A stretch of 64,000 nt of DNA, from contig JAEXGM010000014.1 in NCBI GenBank assembly GCA_023450835.1, positions 49,045 to 113,044 of the forward strand. The letters run 5' to 3'. The number at the start of each line of letters is the position of its first letter. Position 1 is the stretch's first letter. Of this stretch, positions 51,657-61,509 are shown one piece after another. Origin of the DNA: Bacillota bacterium. Lineage in GTDB: Bacteria; Bacillota; Clostridia; Lachnospirales; Lachnospiraceae. Both the position numbers and the translations under genes were made by a program. Below the pieces are notes generated by a model. That model made no database searches and was not told the DNA's origin. It saw only the letters and a program-made list of their open reading frames with translations.

Positions 51657-51737
51657 CTTGAATATGTTACCATTACTCTACATTATTTTCTATATACCTG
51701 TAACAACTCAATAAGTAATGGTAACAACTCAATGATT

Positions 51738-53090
51738 CTATATCTTTAACAATACCAGTGCTGAAAAACTGTCTCCTTGATCTTGGTACTCTAATTTACC
51801 GTCATACTTCTCTTTTATCTCATCCAATATTTTCATTCCATACCCATGCAGATGTTTTTCTTTTTTCCATGTACTAATGGCAGGAGTGTTATAAACAACC
51901 ACCTTTTGCTTATTATTAACCACCTTTACCGACAAATAATTTCCTATTATAGCAGCCTTAATCTCAACATAACGTTTATGTACCTCACCCCTTAAACAAC
52001 CTTCTATTGCATTATCCAACAGATTTGTAAAAACACTCATAAGGTCGATATCTTCTATTGACAACAGTTCTGGTACCTTTATCTCTAGGCTATAAGGTAT
52101 TTCCTGCTGGTCACATACCTTCAATTTATTTAGTAATACTGCATTGATTATTTTGTTTTCACAAAAATAGTTCTTCTTAATGTTCCTATATTTAAACATC
52201 AGATTTTCAGCATAGTTTTTTGCTTCTTCATTATCACCTTCATTTATTAGTATCTGCATGGTTTCCAAATGATTTCCTATGTCGTGATACAGCTTATGTA
52301 TATCAAAATCCTGTTGTTGCATTGCCATATAGTTTGCATATTGTATTTCATTTTGCTTTTTCAGAAGCTCATTTTCAACTTTCAGCAGTTTCCTTTCAGT
52401 TCTATTTATTGTAATAAATAAAATAATGAGAGCAAATGCTATAAACACTGCTACCTGCCTGAAATTGTCCATTCTGGATAAAATTTTATCATTTCCATTT
52501 CCATAACTTTTATTAGATATTAACACTACCCCTCCCCAAACTGTATAGATAGAACGCCATATCCATTTCGACAGATAACTAAGATTCAACCTTTTGATAA
52601 CTATTTTACTAACAATCATACAAATAGCACCAACGAAGATAATTACTATCATTCCCATAAGGTAAACTGGCAATGTATCAAAATTGATAGGTACAAAAAC
52701 ATTTCTGCCATTCAAATCTTGTATATATTTTATTGAGTATGCAGCTACATTTATGGTTACCATAACCATCTGCAATATTACTCCCCACCAAAAATATCTA
52801 TACCATTTCCCATCTGCTACTAAAACAATAAATATAACCATAACCAATTGCTGTAGTATTATACAAATTTTAAGAATCCAGTATACACTTTGCGTATACT
52901 GGACATACCCCTCTCCGACAAATACAATTGCTAAAGTATCCGTAATAGGTTGGATATTAGAAAAAACAAAAACAAGACTATACACTTTAAACTTTTCAAT
53001 CTTCCATGTAAAACTACTACCTAAAGCTAAGTAAATCATTATATTCATCGCTAATGCTTGGAAATAAAAACTACAGAAATCATTCAACAT
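51738..53090 (-). CDS. AgrC/VirS-like membrane histidine kinase (GHKL)
   Basis: Multi-TM N-terminus, HDIGNH H-box, NLLDNAIE N-box, HGYGMK G-box. Confidence 0.92.
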   Translation of the reverse strand: MLNDFCSFYFQALAMNIMIYLALGSSFTWKIEKFKVYSLVFVFSNIQPITDTLAIVFVGEGYVQYTQSVYWILKICIILQQLVMVIFIVLVADGKWYRYFWWGVILQMVMVTINVAAYSIKYIQDLNGRNVFVPINFDTLPVYLMGMIVIIFVGAICMIVSKIVIKRLNLSYLSKWIWRSIYTVWGGVVLISNKSYGNGNDKILSRMDNFRQVAVFIAFALIILFITINRTERKLLKVENELLKKQNEIQYANYMAMQQQDFDIHKLYHDIGNHLETMQILINEGDNEEAKNYAENLMFKYRNIKKNYFCENKIINAVLLNKLKVCDQQEIPYSLEIKVPELLSIEDIDLMSVFTNLLDNAIEGCLRGEVHKRYVEIKAAIIGNYLSVKVVNNKQKVVVYNTPAISTWKKEKHLHGYGMKILDEIKEKYDGKLEYQDQGDSFSALVLLKI

Positions 53091-53338
53091 TATAATGTAT
53101 CCTCCCTATGCCCTTCTAATAATGCTGGTACAGCAATGAAACCAGTAAAACAATTATAATATTTTGTCGAATGTAATTCTATTTATTTTTCCAAATATTA
53201 TGTAATTCTTTCCATGTTACGAACAAAATATAATATGTTATATATTACCATATGATTTTTATATTTTCAACTTTAAGTTGAATATTTTCCACCATTTGAT
53301 ATGTTGATTCCTATACACTTTCAGTAGGAGGGTGTATC

Positions 53339-53635
53339 ATGAATGAAACTTTAGGAGATAGAATCAAACAATTACGTGTTAACAGGAATTTAAACCAGAC
53401 TGATTTAGCGAAGCTTATTGGATGTACCGCCAGTATTATTTCTGCCTATGAATTGAATGAAAGGAAGCCTTCTATTAAAATTTTAATCAAGCTCGCTGCT
53501 TATTTTAATGTTAGTACTGATTATTTACTGGGGTTAAATCAAAATACTCGTGACCCTAATGTCGTTGATTTATCTGCTTTAACTGAAAGCCAACGTACAG
53601 CCATTAAACAACTCATTCAATCCATAAAGAATTAA
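53339..53635 (+). CDS. XRE-family HTH regulator
   Basis: LGDRIKQLR..LNQTDLA..ISAYE..RKPS..FNVSTDYLLG. Confidence 0.9.
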   Translation: MNETLGDRIKQLRVNRNLNQTDLAKLIGCTASIISAYELNERKPSIKILIKLAAYFNVSTDYLLGLNQNTRDPNVVDLSALTESQRTAIKQLIQSIKN

Positions 53636-53668
53636 GGATATTACTTAAAAGTGGTATTTGGTATTAAA

Positions 53669-53893
53669 CTATAAAATTCCATCCATATACATCATTGCTT
53701 TATCCAGTGTAGTAACAGAATTGATTAATAATCGATTTAAAATGCTGACTGCACTTACCATAGTTTCTGCTGATATGGAATCCTCACTTTTTAAGCCTGA
53801 TAACATAATATCTGTAAGGTCAATTAATTCATGAAGACTAATATTTAAAACATTTAGTTGATTGGATAACTCCTGATTGCTATTATCACTCAT
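53669..53893 (-). CDS. Small helical hypothetical protein (paralogue of 59317-59550)
   Basis: Own promoter TTGAAT-N17-TAAAAT and AAGGGG RBS. Confidence 0.7.
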   Translation of the reverse strand: MSDNSNQELSNQLNVLNISLHELIDLTDIMLSGLKSEDSISAETMVSAVSILNRLLINSVTTLDKAMMYMDGIL

Positions 53894-54467
53894 AATTTAG
53901 CACCCCTTTCTTATTGGATAAATTTAGGGGTGTATTTTAACGCTTCTTTGAGGGATATTCAATGGAATATTTGCATAGGATATCATTTCTCTGGTTAGGG
54001 ACTTTGCTATGAAAGCAATAAAAAAACAGTACCTCTGCTTCTATCGAAGAAACTTCTGTACTGTTAAACTTGAAATCTATTAAACCATTATTATTGCTAA
54101 ATCATACCTTCTACGCTTATTCACTCAATCGCCATTTTTTTATTCTGTACCATTTCCCTTTCAATGCATACCGCATTTTTTCCTTTTCCCTCTTTTTCTC
54201 TCTTAAGTCTGTCCCCTCTTACACCTATATAATAAAACTCCTCAAAATTTGTTTTTCTTTGGTACTACCTTTCTTTTTATCAAAAAACTGCATCATTTTC
54301 TGTCATAAATTTTTTCTATCTGTAATCTCTAAAACTATTGCTACTTACAAAAAAATACCAGCACTACAAAGTATAAAAGACTTAAACTCTCTTACCTATT
54401 GTGCCGGTAATTTCTTAAACAGTGGTACTGGTGGTACTTTTAACAGTAATAACTTCCTTTTCCTTTG

Positions 54468-55064
54468 CTATAGCTCAAGAAAATTAAGCGGCCTATTTTC
54501 TTCATATTCTCTTACTCTTCTATAAAAGGTCGCCCTACTACATTCTAACAGCTTTGTAGCTTGTTCCATGCTTATCTGATTATTCATGTACTGCTCATAA
54601 ACCTTATCAAAGTTTTCTATTTTACTTTTAGGACGCCCAGTAAAACGTCCCTGACGTTTTGCAATTTCTATTCCCTCTTTTTGTCTCTGCCTAATTAATT
54701 CTCTTTCCATTTGACTAAATGCTCCAAGAACTGTGATAATTGTTTTACCCATTGGAGTGGACGTATCTACTCCTTCCTTTAAACTAATAATTATTATACC
54801 CTTTTTGTCCAGCTCGTCCATTAAATTTACAATGTCCTTTGTATTTCTTCCCAGACGTGTGATATCAACCACTACTATGCTATCACCTTCCCTTACTTTT
54901 CCTAATAACTCCTTCAGGACTTCCCTTTCCATGTCCCTTCCACTCTCTTTTTCCCTATAGATGTTATCTGGCTCTATGCCAGCTGCCTTCATGGCTTCTT
55001 CCTGTCTGTCTAGGTTCTGCATTTTTGAAGACACTCGTATGTATCCAAATCTCATAATATCCAC
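54468..55064 (-). CDS. Serine recombinase (resolvase/invertase)
   Basis: GYIRVSS..QNLDRQ, GDSIVV..TRLGR, GRP and C-terminal HTH (CSRATFYR). Confidence 0.95.
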   Translation of the reverse strand: MDIMRFGYIRVSSKMQNLDRQEEAMKAAGIEPDNIYREKESGRDMEREVLKELLGKVREGDSIVVVDITRLGRNTKDIVNLMDELDKKGIIIISLKEGVDTSTPMGKTIITVLGAFSQMERELIRQRQKEGIEIAKRQGRFTGRPKSKIENFDKVYEQYMNNQISMEQATKLLECSRATFYRRVREYEENRPLNFLEL

Positions 55065-55074
55065 ATCCTATTTA

Positions 55075-55340
55075 TAAATTTAAGAATTTATAAACAAGTC
55101 ATAAAAATGAATACACAAATTTTTTCTCATAAGATTGTTTCTTTATCAATAATCCACTTTTTGATATGATACAACAATTTCAAAAGCATACCCTACTGAG
55201 ACTCTCAAAAACCTGTTTCAATAAGGTATCATAAGCCTGTTTCAATCCACTTTTCCTTATTTTGAAATAACCATATGAGACTGTTTTGAGCCTATTTCAT
55301 ACTCTTGTTTCAATAAATTCTTATAAACTTATCTCAAAAG
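55075..55340. promoter_or_regulatory. Probable res site upstream of the resolvase
   Basis: Repeated TGAGAC/CTCA half-sites and three TGTTTCAAT copies immediately upstream of the resolvase gene. Confidence 0.5.
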
Positions 55341-55514
55341 AATGTAGGAACAAAAGCTATTCTACCTTGATAAACTTTCTATTAAATATCATTGCCTATT
55401 GTCAAAAGAAATGCCTGGATTGTAAATAACCCAGGCATTCTTTTGAAACTATGTATTTATTAATCTTAAACCGTTACGCTATAATATTTCTGTAGCACAT
55501 CACAATTTCTAACA

Positions 55515-55934
55515 TTATTGTCCTCTTAAACGATTATAAATCGTCTTAGTGCTACAGCCTAATTCCTTGGCTGCTAATGCCCGGTGACCATTGTTATTTC
55601 TTAAGGCTTCCTCTACCCTCTCTTTTGTAATAGCTGTTTTATAAGCTATTTTCTTGCCCTCTCTCATATCCTGATAGTGCTTCTCTACCTTAAAATTTCC
55701 CTTTTTAAATACTTTCTCTGGATGGCCTGTTTCTTCTTTTAATTGCTCATAAGAATGAATGAAACATAATAATGTATATAAAGCCCCTTCCAGTTTTGAT
55801 TCTGTATTCATCTTATTATTTGTAAGCCCTAACTTAAACTTTCTGTAATCTTCCCAATCAATCTTATGCTGACCATTCCACTCCAGTATCAATTTTAATT
55901 CTTCCTCATAATCCATCTGCTTAACCTCCATCAT
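55515..55934 (-). CDS. Hypothetical protein with Fis-type HTH
   Basis: EEALRNNNGHRALAAKELGCSTKTIYNRL. Confidence 0.75.
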   Translation of the reverse strand: MMEVKQMDYEEELKLILEWNGQHKIDWEDYRKFKLGLTNNKMNTESKLEGALYTLLCFIHSYEQLKEETGHPEKVFKKGNFKVEKHYQDMREGKKIAYKTAITKERVEEALRNNNGHRALAAKELGCSTKTIYNRLRGQ

Positions 55935-56203
55935 AAAAGTAATAGGATGTAAAATATCAAATAAACTATTTTACATAAATCAATTACTTTTATGCTGGAA
56001 AGGAAGTCCTACCATCCCAATAAAACAATTACTTTTTTCTATTGCTTAAAGAGAAAAATATCTATTTTACCGAAAGACTCTGCTTATATAAAAAGGTACT
56101 ATCAGTAAATTATCTTACCGATAGTACCTTTATTTTTGCATAACTGTTTTATTTTACTGCCGTTTTGTGAAATATTGTGCAAGAAGCTTACTGAAGATAA
56201 TGC

Positions 56204-56809
56204 TTATTTGGAACAGTTTAAGTGTATTTGACTATTAGAGAAATTTATTCTTCGATTATTATTTTCGATGCTCCATTTATGTATACCTGTATCTCCTGTA
56301 GATAGGAAGATATTATCATTAATTGGTAACTGTAAAAAACTTCTGAAAAGCATGTTTATCATACCACCATGTGAAACAACAGCTATAGAATCGTCTGGTT
56401 GATTTTCATTAATAATTTTTGAAAGAATATTTTCTGCACGAGCTCTGAACTGTATCATACTTTCACACTCATACATTGCTGTATGAGGATATTTTATCGG
56501 TGGTGCAGGATATCTAATTTGTGCTTCTTCACGTGTAAGACCTGCTAAAAGACCATTTTGCCATTCCATAAGGTCATCTTCAAACTGAACTGATATTCCA
56601 ATTTTTTGGCTTAAATATTGTGCTGTTTGAGTGGTTCTTTTCAGTGGACTTGCAAAAATTTTATTTACATTAAAGTTTTTTGCAACCCATGTAGCCATTA
56701 ACTGTGCTTGATTTTTTCCTTCATCCGTTAATTCATAGTTTGCTCTGCCTTCAATTACCTTTAATATATCTGCTTCTGACTGCCCATGTCTAATAATTAA
56801 TAAATCCAT
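56204..56809 (-). CDS. Histidine phosphatase (phosphoglycerate mutase family)
   Basis: IRHGQS, SPLKRTTQTA and VVSHGG motifs. Confidence 0.92.
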   Translation of the reverse strand: MDLLIIRHGQSEADILKVIEGRANYELTDEGKNQAQLMATWVAKNFNVNKIFASPLKRTTQTAQYLSQKIGISVQFEDDLMEWQNGLLAGLTREEAQIRYPAPPIKYPHTAMYECESMIQFRARAENILSKIINENQPDDSIAVVSHGGMINMLFRSFLQLPINDNIFLSTGDTGIHKWSIENNNRRINFSNSQIHLNCSK

Positions 56810-56936
56810 TAATATACACCACCTAATATAATCTGTAGTTCGCTTTTATAAACAGCAGCGAATCATTAACTTCTCGACAGATCAAAATTTCTCATCCCAA
56901 CAACCTGGAATTTGTTATTCTACTTGTTATGACCGA

Positions 56937-57116
56937 TTATTTTCTTAGCTTAGGTGCAATGAGATATAGAAGACTCATAATTACAAAATATACGACAGTA
57001 GATACAACGATTTCAGCAACATCTACAGTTTTATCAAATAGATATGAAATCAAAGCATAACAAGCTCCAAAAGCAACTGCTGAAATACCATTTCTAATTA
57101 AATTTTTTTTATTCAT
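56937..57116 (-). CDS. Small two-TM membrane protein (59 aa), not in the ORF track
   Basis: Manual translation MNKKNLIRNGISAVAFGACYALISYLFDKTVDVAEIVVSTVVYFVIMSLLYLIAPKLRK; GGAGG RBS. Confidence 0.7.
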   Translation of the reverse strand: MNKKNLIRNGISAVAFGACYALISYLFDKTVDVAEIVVSTVVYFVIMSLLYLIAPKLRK

Positions 57117-57414
57117 TTTTCCTCCATTAATTCTATCGAACTACTTAACTCAGTAAATTCCGATTTATCAATGTATTTCTGCTTAATTTCCTAGTTCACT
57201 ATCACCATCATATATGAATCGCTTTCTTACTATATACTACATCAAATTTCATAATTTTACCACTATGTTTTTATTTTTTATAATATCGGTGCATTAATTC
57301 TATACAAAAAAATAATAGGAAGTAAAAATAAACCGAATATTTTACTTCCTACTATTACCTGTATGAAGTACTTTTTATAATGCATAACAGGTAAAATATA
57401 TATTTAATCTATAT

Positions 57415-58353
57415 CTAAATAAGCATTTCCACCCTATTTGCGCCAGCACGATAAACATAGGCATTGTTACTTAAAATGTCATCGTCCTCCACCTCTGTTT
57501 GATTCACTTCATAAACCATGTTGTTTAAATCAATTGCTGCCATTTCTTTATCTTTTACCGGTACTAAAATCATTTCATGGAGAGAACTGGGAAGGATATA
57601 CAAGTCTGACTTTGTTTGTTCTGCTATACTCTTTAGCATGTTCGGATATAAAATTGCCGTTGCCCCATAAACACCAGTACGATTACTGACTACTATCATT
57701 TGAGTTCTGTTATGTAACAGGAACATTGCACCTTCGAACTGCTGATATTCCTCTGATAAACCAGTATCTTTGTCCAGCATATCTACAATAATGTCTTCCA
57801 TATCACGTACAACAGCTGGAAATAATTTAGCAGTGTTGGATAGAGCAATCTCATACAGGGAATCTATGCTGACAGGAAAACTGTTAAACAACTCATTGCC
57901 TATTCTTATGGTTTTTATGCCATCCGAACCACTCTCTACTACGATATGAAAAGTCACAACCAAATCACCAAAGACTTCTTTATAAGGAACTGTTTCCAGT
58001 AATTCTTTATTCAGTTCATAATTAACAAGCCTTACTGTAATCTTATCTTTTATCTGCTCCCAGTTTAAAGAATGGACTACAGGCTTTTTCGTATCCCAAT
58101 CCTTAAAGGTAAGTATGATATTTTCTACGATATCAAGGATGAGCCTACCCTCTCTATAATCCTTGTAATAAGGAGCCATATAGATTACAGGAGCTACCGT
58201 GTCCTCTTTTCTTTTGATGCATAAACCCTCTAAATATAAACCATTATTCTTTGCAGTAGTTGTTGCCTGAATGTCATAATCACTGCCCATTTTAGCATTC
58301 AACTCAAACTTGATTGTCTCTATAAAATCCTTCAGTAACATATTTTCATTCAT
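57415..58353 (-). CDS. DUF5688-like protein, common on clostridial mobile elements
   Basis: KNNG..L.GL, APVIY, RLVNYELN, YGATAILY, YILPSSLHE and LSNNAYVY motifs. Confidence 0.8.
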   Translation of the reverse strand: MNENMLLKDFIETIKFELNAKMGSDYDIQATTTAKNNGLYLEGLCIKRKEDTVAPVIYMAPYYKDYREGRLILDIVENIILTFKDWDTKKPVVHSLNWEQIKDKITVRLVNYELNKELLETVPYKEVFGDLVVTFHIVVESGSDGIKTIRIGNELFNSFPVSIDSLYEIALSNTAKLFPAVVRDMEDIIVDMLDKDTGLSEEYQQFEGAMFLLHNRTQMIVVSNRTGVYGATAILYPNMLKSIAEQTKSDLYILPSSLHEMILVPVKDKEMAAIDLNNMVYEVNQTEVEDDDILSNNAYVYRAGANRVEMLI

Positions 58354-58448
58354 GATAATATATCCTCCCTATAAAATGTAAGGGACTGTCATCCGCTAGA
58401 ATAACAATCCCTATCAATAGTGGTACTGGTGGTACTCACTGCCCTATT

Positions 58449-59198
58449 TTATTTTGTTCCTAATTTTTCAAACATATCATCCAGCATAAACTTTAATTCT
58501 TTTATGTCCTGAATTACTTTCAAATCTGATTCAGAAATTTCCGAAATGCTGACCGTGGTTATCTTATCCAGTCCTTTTCTTGTGGAATCAATAAAGGCTA
58601 TCAGCTTGGATGCTAAACCCAATCCTCTGCCCAGTTTGTAGCTTCCCCTTTCCAGCTGCATTAAACTACCAGTGTTTACAAGGTTACGTAACACATTAAT
58701 CATACAAGCGTCTGAAAATGTTCTGCCCGATTTTTCTGTAACATAAGCTACAATATCCTGTTTCTTATAATTATTGTTGTCTAATAACAGTTGCAGAATA
58801 TAATATCTTGCTTCTTCACTGTCACTACGGAATGTCAGTTTCTTTTCTTCTGTAGCAGTTTCTGTAGTAACCTCTTCTGTTATAGTATTGTCCTTACTTT
58901 CTGTATCCTTTTTTCCCATTTCAGATACTGTAGGATTTTCCGTAACTCCTTCTACTTCCTGTACCTTATCCATTTCCGGTGCTTTTTCTTCTTCCATTAC
59001 AGTACCTTCACCTGCTATATCCTTGTTTTCTGTTTCAACAACTTCATTTACTGCTATCCCTTTTTCTTCTGTTTCAACAGCTTCACTTACTACTGCCTCA
59101 TTTCCTTTCCCTTCTAGTACCATACCATTTCCCTTTTTCTTATTCTTTACCATGTAAACATCCTCCTTTGAATTTGTTTCAATCAATTTCATATACAT
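58449..59198 (-). CDS. Hypothetical protein: acidic N-terminus plus winged-helix-like domain
   Basis: E-rich low-complexity region, then ILQLL...VLRNLVNTGSLMQLERGSYKL. Confidence 0.7.
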   Translation of the reverse strand: MYMKLIETNSKEDVYMVKNKKKGNGMVLEGKGNEAVVSEAVETEEKGIAVNEVVETENKDIAGEGTVMEEEKAPEMDKVQEVEGVTENPTVSEMGKKDTESKDNTITEEVTTETATEEKKLTFRSDSEEARYYILQLLLDNNNYKKQDIVAYVTEKSGRTFSDACMINVLRNLVNTGSLMQLERGSYKLGRGLGLASKLIAFIDSTRKGLDKITTVSISEISESDLKVIQDIKELKFMLDDMFEKLGTK

Positions 59199-59316
59199 AC
59201 TATAACGCTGGAAAATGTTTACGTCAGTGGTGTAACTGACGGATTAATAAAGTGAATCTGTACGTATTACATAGGAAGTGCTTCTATTTTAAAGAATCTC
59301 CTCTTTCTTTTTTATG

Positions 59317-59550
59317 CTAAAATTTCTCATTATCATTCACTTGAACTGTATGTCCTGTTTCATCCCTATTAAACAACTCCTCTACCTTTGTATGGATTTC
59401 CTTTACCTGTTTCTGAATCAACTCCAGACTGCATACCATATGTTCCACTGTAAAGCCAGGATAAAGGATTCCATGCACCAATACTTCCAACACTTTATCC
59501 AATGAATACAAGTCAATCATGATCTGCTCTAACTGCCTATCCTCTTCCAT
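59317..59550 (-). CDS. Small helical hypothetical protein (paralogue of 53669-53893)
   Basis: Own promoter TTGTGT-N17-TATCAT and AAGGGGG RBS. Confidence 0.7.
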   Translation of the reverse strand: MEEDRQLEQIMIDLYSLDKVLEVLVHGILYPGFTVEHMVCSLELIQKQVKEIHTKVEELFNRDETGHTVQVNDNEKF

Positions 59551-59733
59551 ACCCCATGCCCCCTTTTCTTTTTAGGAATGGGATGATAACGCATTTTAAA
59601 GGAATACACAAGTACCAAAATAAAATCTGATTGTCAGACTTTTATTACCGTTTGAAATTTCCTTCCCCTATTCCGAACCCTCTCCCTCCTCCCAAACCCT
59701 TTTTTCATCTCAAAAAAATATAGGGATTTTATC

Positions 59734-59790
59734 CATCACTGTATAGCTTTTTTTTCATCACTGTATAATCTTTTTTTCATTTCTGTCATA
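59734..59790. repeat. 22-bp tandem repeat (iteron/operator-like)
   Basis: CATCACTGTATA...T-run at 59734 and 59756, with a degenerate third copy at 59778. Confidence 0.7.
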
Positions 59791-60097
59791 CCTACTATTT
59801 AAAAGCCAATTTATAAAATACCCTCTTTTTGAAAATCAATAAATAAATAATCTTATTCTATCAAAATGCTAAAATTACTTTCTCAAAATAATAAACTTGC
59901 TTTCTCTGCTATCTGTTTGTCATCCACTGCCATAAAAAAATAAATCTCTTCTTTTTTTCTTATGTATAAGATATCTTTTCTCTATGCCTATTCCCATAAT
60001 TCATAATGCATCTTGCCTATGATTGCAATGTCATAAGACAAAGATAAATCTTGAAACATATAATAATATGTATTAAACTACACATATCAAAAGATAA

Positions 60098-60511
60098 ATG
60101 AAGGAGGATGCTTTAATGAAGAGTATGGATGTTACCAATCTTTCAGAAGAAGAGATAGCTAGAAAATTTATTGATTACGTAAGTGCTTTAACCGCTAATG
60201 ACTTAAAAAAATCCTATGCAAATGATATTACTATTGATGAGGATGGTCAGCAACCTATTGGTAAATTTAGACTAATACATATATATGAACCAGGCACAGA
60301 TGAATATTTGACTTTTACTGTGAATTTTTTTATGAACAATGGTAAATATACAATGGAAGTATACAATCTCGAAAAAAGAGCATTAATCATTCAATGTATC
60401 CATGACCTAAAACTCCCTTCATGGATATCCAATATTACATATGACAATATAAATTTATCTGAAGTTATATGTACCGATATGGCTGTAAAACTAAAATCCG
60501 TACTTAAATAG
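60098..60511 (+). CDS. Hypothetical protein
   Basis: AAGGAGG RBS before the internal Met near 60116. Confidence 0.7.
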   Translation: MKEDALMKSMDVTNLSEEEIARKFIDYVSALTANDLKKSYANDITIDEDGQQPIGKFRLIHIYEPGTDEYLTFTVNFFMNNGKYTMEVYNLEKRALIIQCIHDLKLPSWISNITYDNINLSEVICTDMAVKLKSVLK

Positions 60512-60573
60512 TTTGTCAATAAAATGAATTATCAAGCCATACTACCCAATAAAGTTGTATGGCTTATAATTTA

Positions 60574-61506
60574 TTATATTATTTCCGGCTTCTCTTCCTT
60601 TTCCTCTTTGCTTACTATCACAAAATCACTGTTCTTCTCAACAGGAACAGCATAAACCCCATGTACCTTTTTATATAATTCAGATGCCACACTTAAAACC
60701 TTATGATATATTTCGTCAGTGTAATAGCCGAAATCGTAGATTCTCTGCGTGCCACCTTTATAATTGGGAGTTTCACCATTTTTCATGGTTTGCGCATATA
60801 TAAAAACTCTCGTTCCCTCCATGCATGTGATTTCTACCATGCCATGGTGATGCTCAGGTCTTTTTAGGGATGCTACTACAATGAAACGATTACATAGCCT
60901 ACAGTATTCTTTGTTAATGGCTATTGAGACTGTACCATCTTTATTGAGGGATTTTATCTCAATAACTCCCTGTACCATCTTGGATTCTCCATGTTTTAAT
61001 ACCGGTTTTCTTTTCGTACGGATTACTATATTGCTGGATGTTACGTCCTCCACATCATACATCCAATCTTTTTTTAAGTATCTTTTGCTATTATAAATAC
61101 AATAGGTTTTATCTTTAATGCCGGCTACTACTGCTTTTCTTGGAACTCTTGTTACCCTAGAAAGCAGTAAATCACCAATGCCTATTCGCTGATGCTTGCC
61201 ATACAACTTTCTTAAATGGATACGAAAGTCCTCTAAACTTTCAATGGTTATTCTGCCGGTTACAATGTCATACATATATTTCATTCTGGAAACCTCTTCA
61301 TGTGTGAAGCCCAGTTGTTTCAAAGACATAGGTGTTATTTTATAACCGCTGCCTACCAAATTTATGAGGATATCAATTTCCTGATTCGTAAAATATAACT
61401 TGCTTAATTCTTCAAAAGGCATAACGATATCTATTTTGGATTCTGCATGATTATTTTTAGTATCACTGATTTCATAATTACCATTACTATTACTATTATT
61501 CCGCAT
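60574..61506 (-). CDS. Hypothetical protein
   Basis: 310-aa ORF coupled to the SprT-like gene. Confidence 0.7.
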   Translation of the reverse strand: MRNNSNSNGNYEISDTKNNHAESKIDIVMPFEELSKLYFTNQEIDILINLVGSGYKITPMSLKQLGFTHEEVSRMKYMYDIVTGRITIESLEDFRIHLRKLYGKHQRIGIGDLLLSRVTRVPRKAVVAGIKDKTYCIYNSKRYLKKDWMYDVEDVTSSNIVIRTKRKPVLKHGESKMVQGVIEIKSLNKDGTVSIAINKEYCRLCNRFIVVASLKRPEHHHGMVEITCMEGTRVFIYAQTMKNGETPNYKGGTQRIYDFGYYTDEIYHKVLSVASELYKKVHGVYAVPVEKNSDFVIVSKEEKEEKPEII

Positions 61507-61509
61507 ATC

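Noticed and set aside
53091..53338. AgrD-like signal peptide gene beside the kinase
   Set aside because: No suitable small ORF with an RBS was found, and there is no agrB in the window.
54070..54525. 151-aa + strand ORF
   Set aside because: F/L/S-rich translation of T-rich intergenic DNA, no RBS, and it overlaps the resolvase 3' end.
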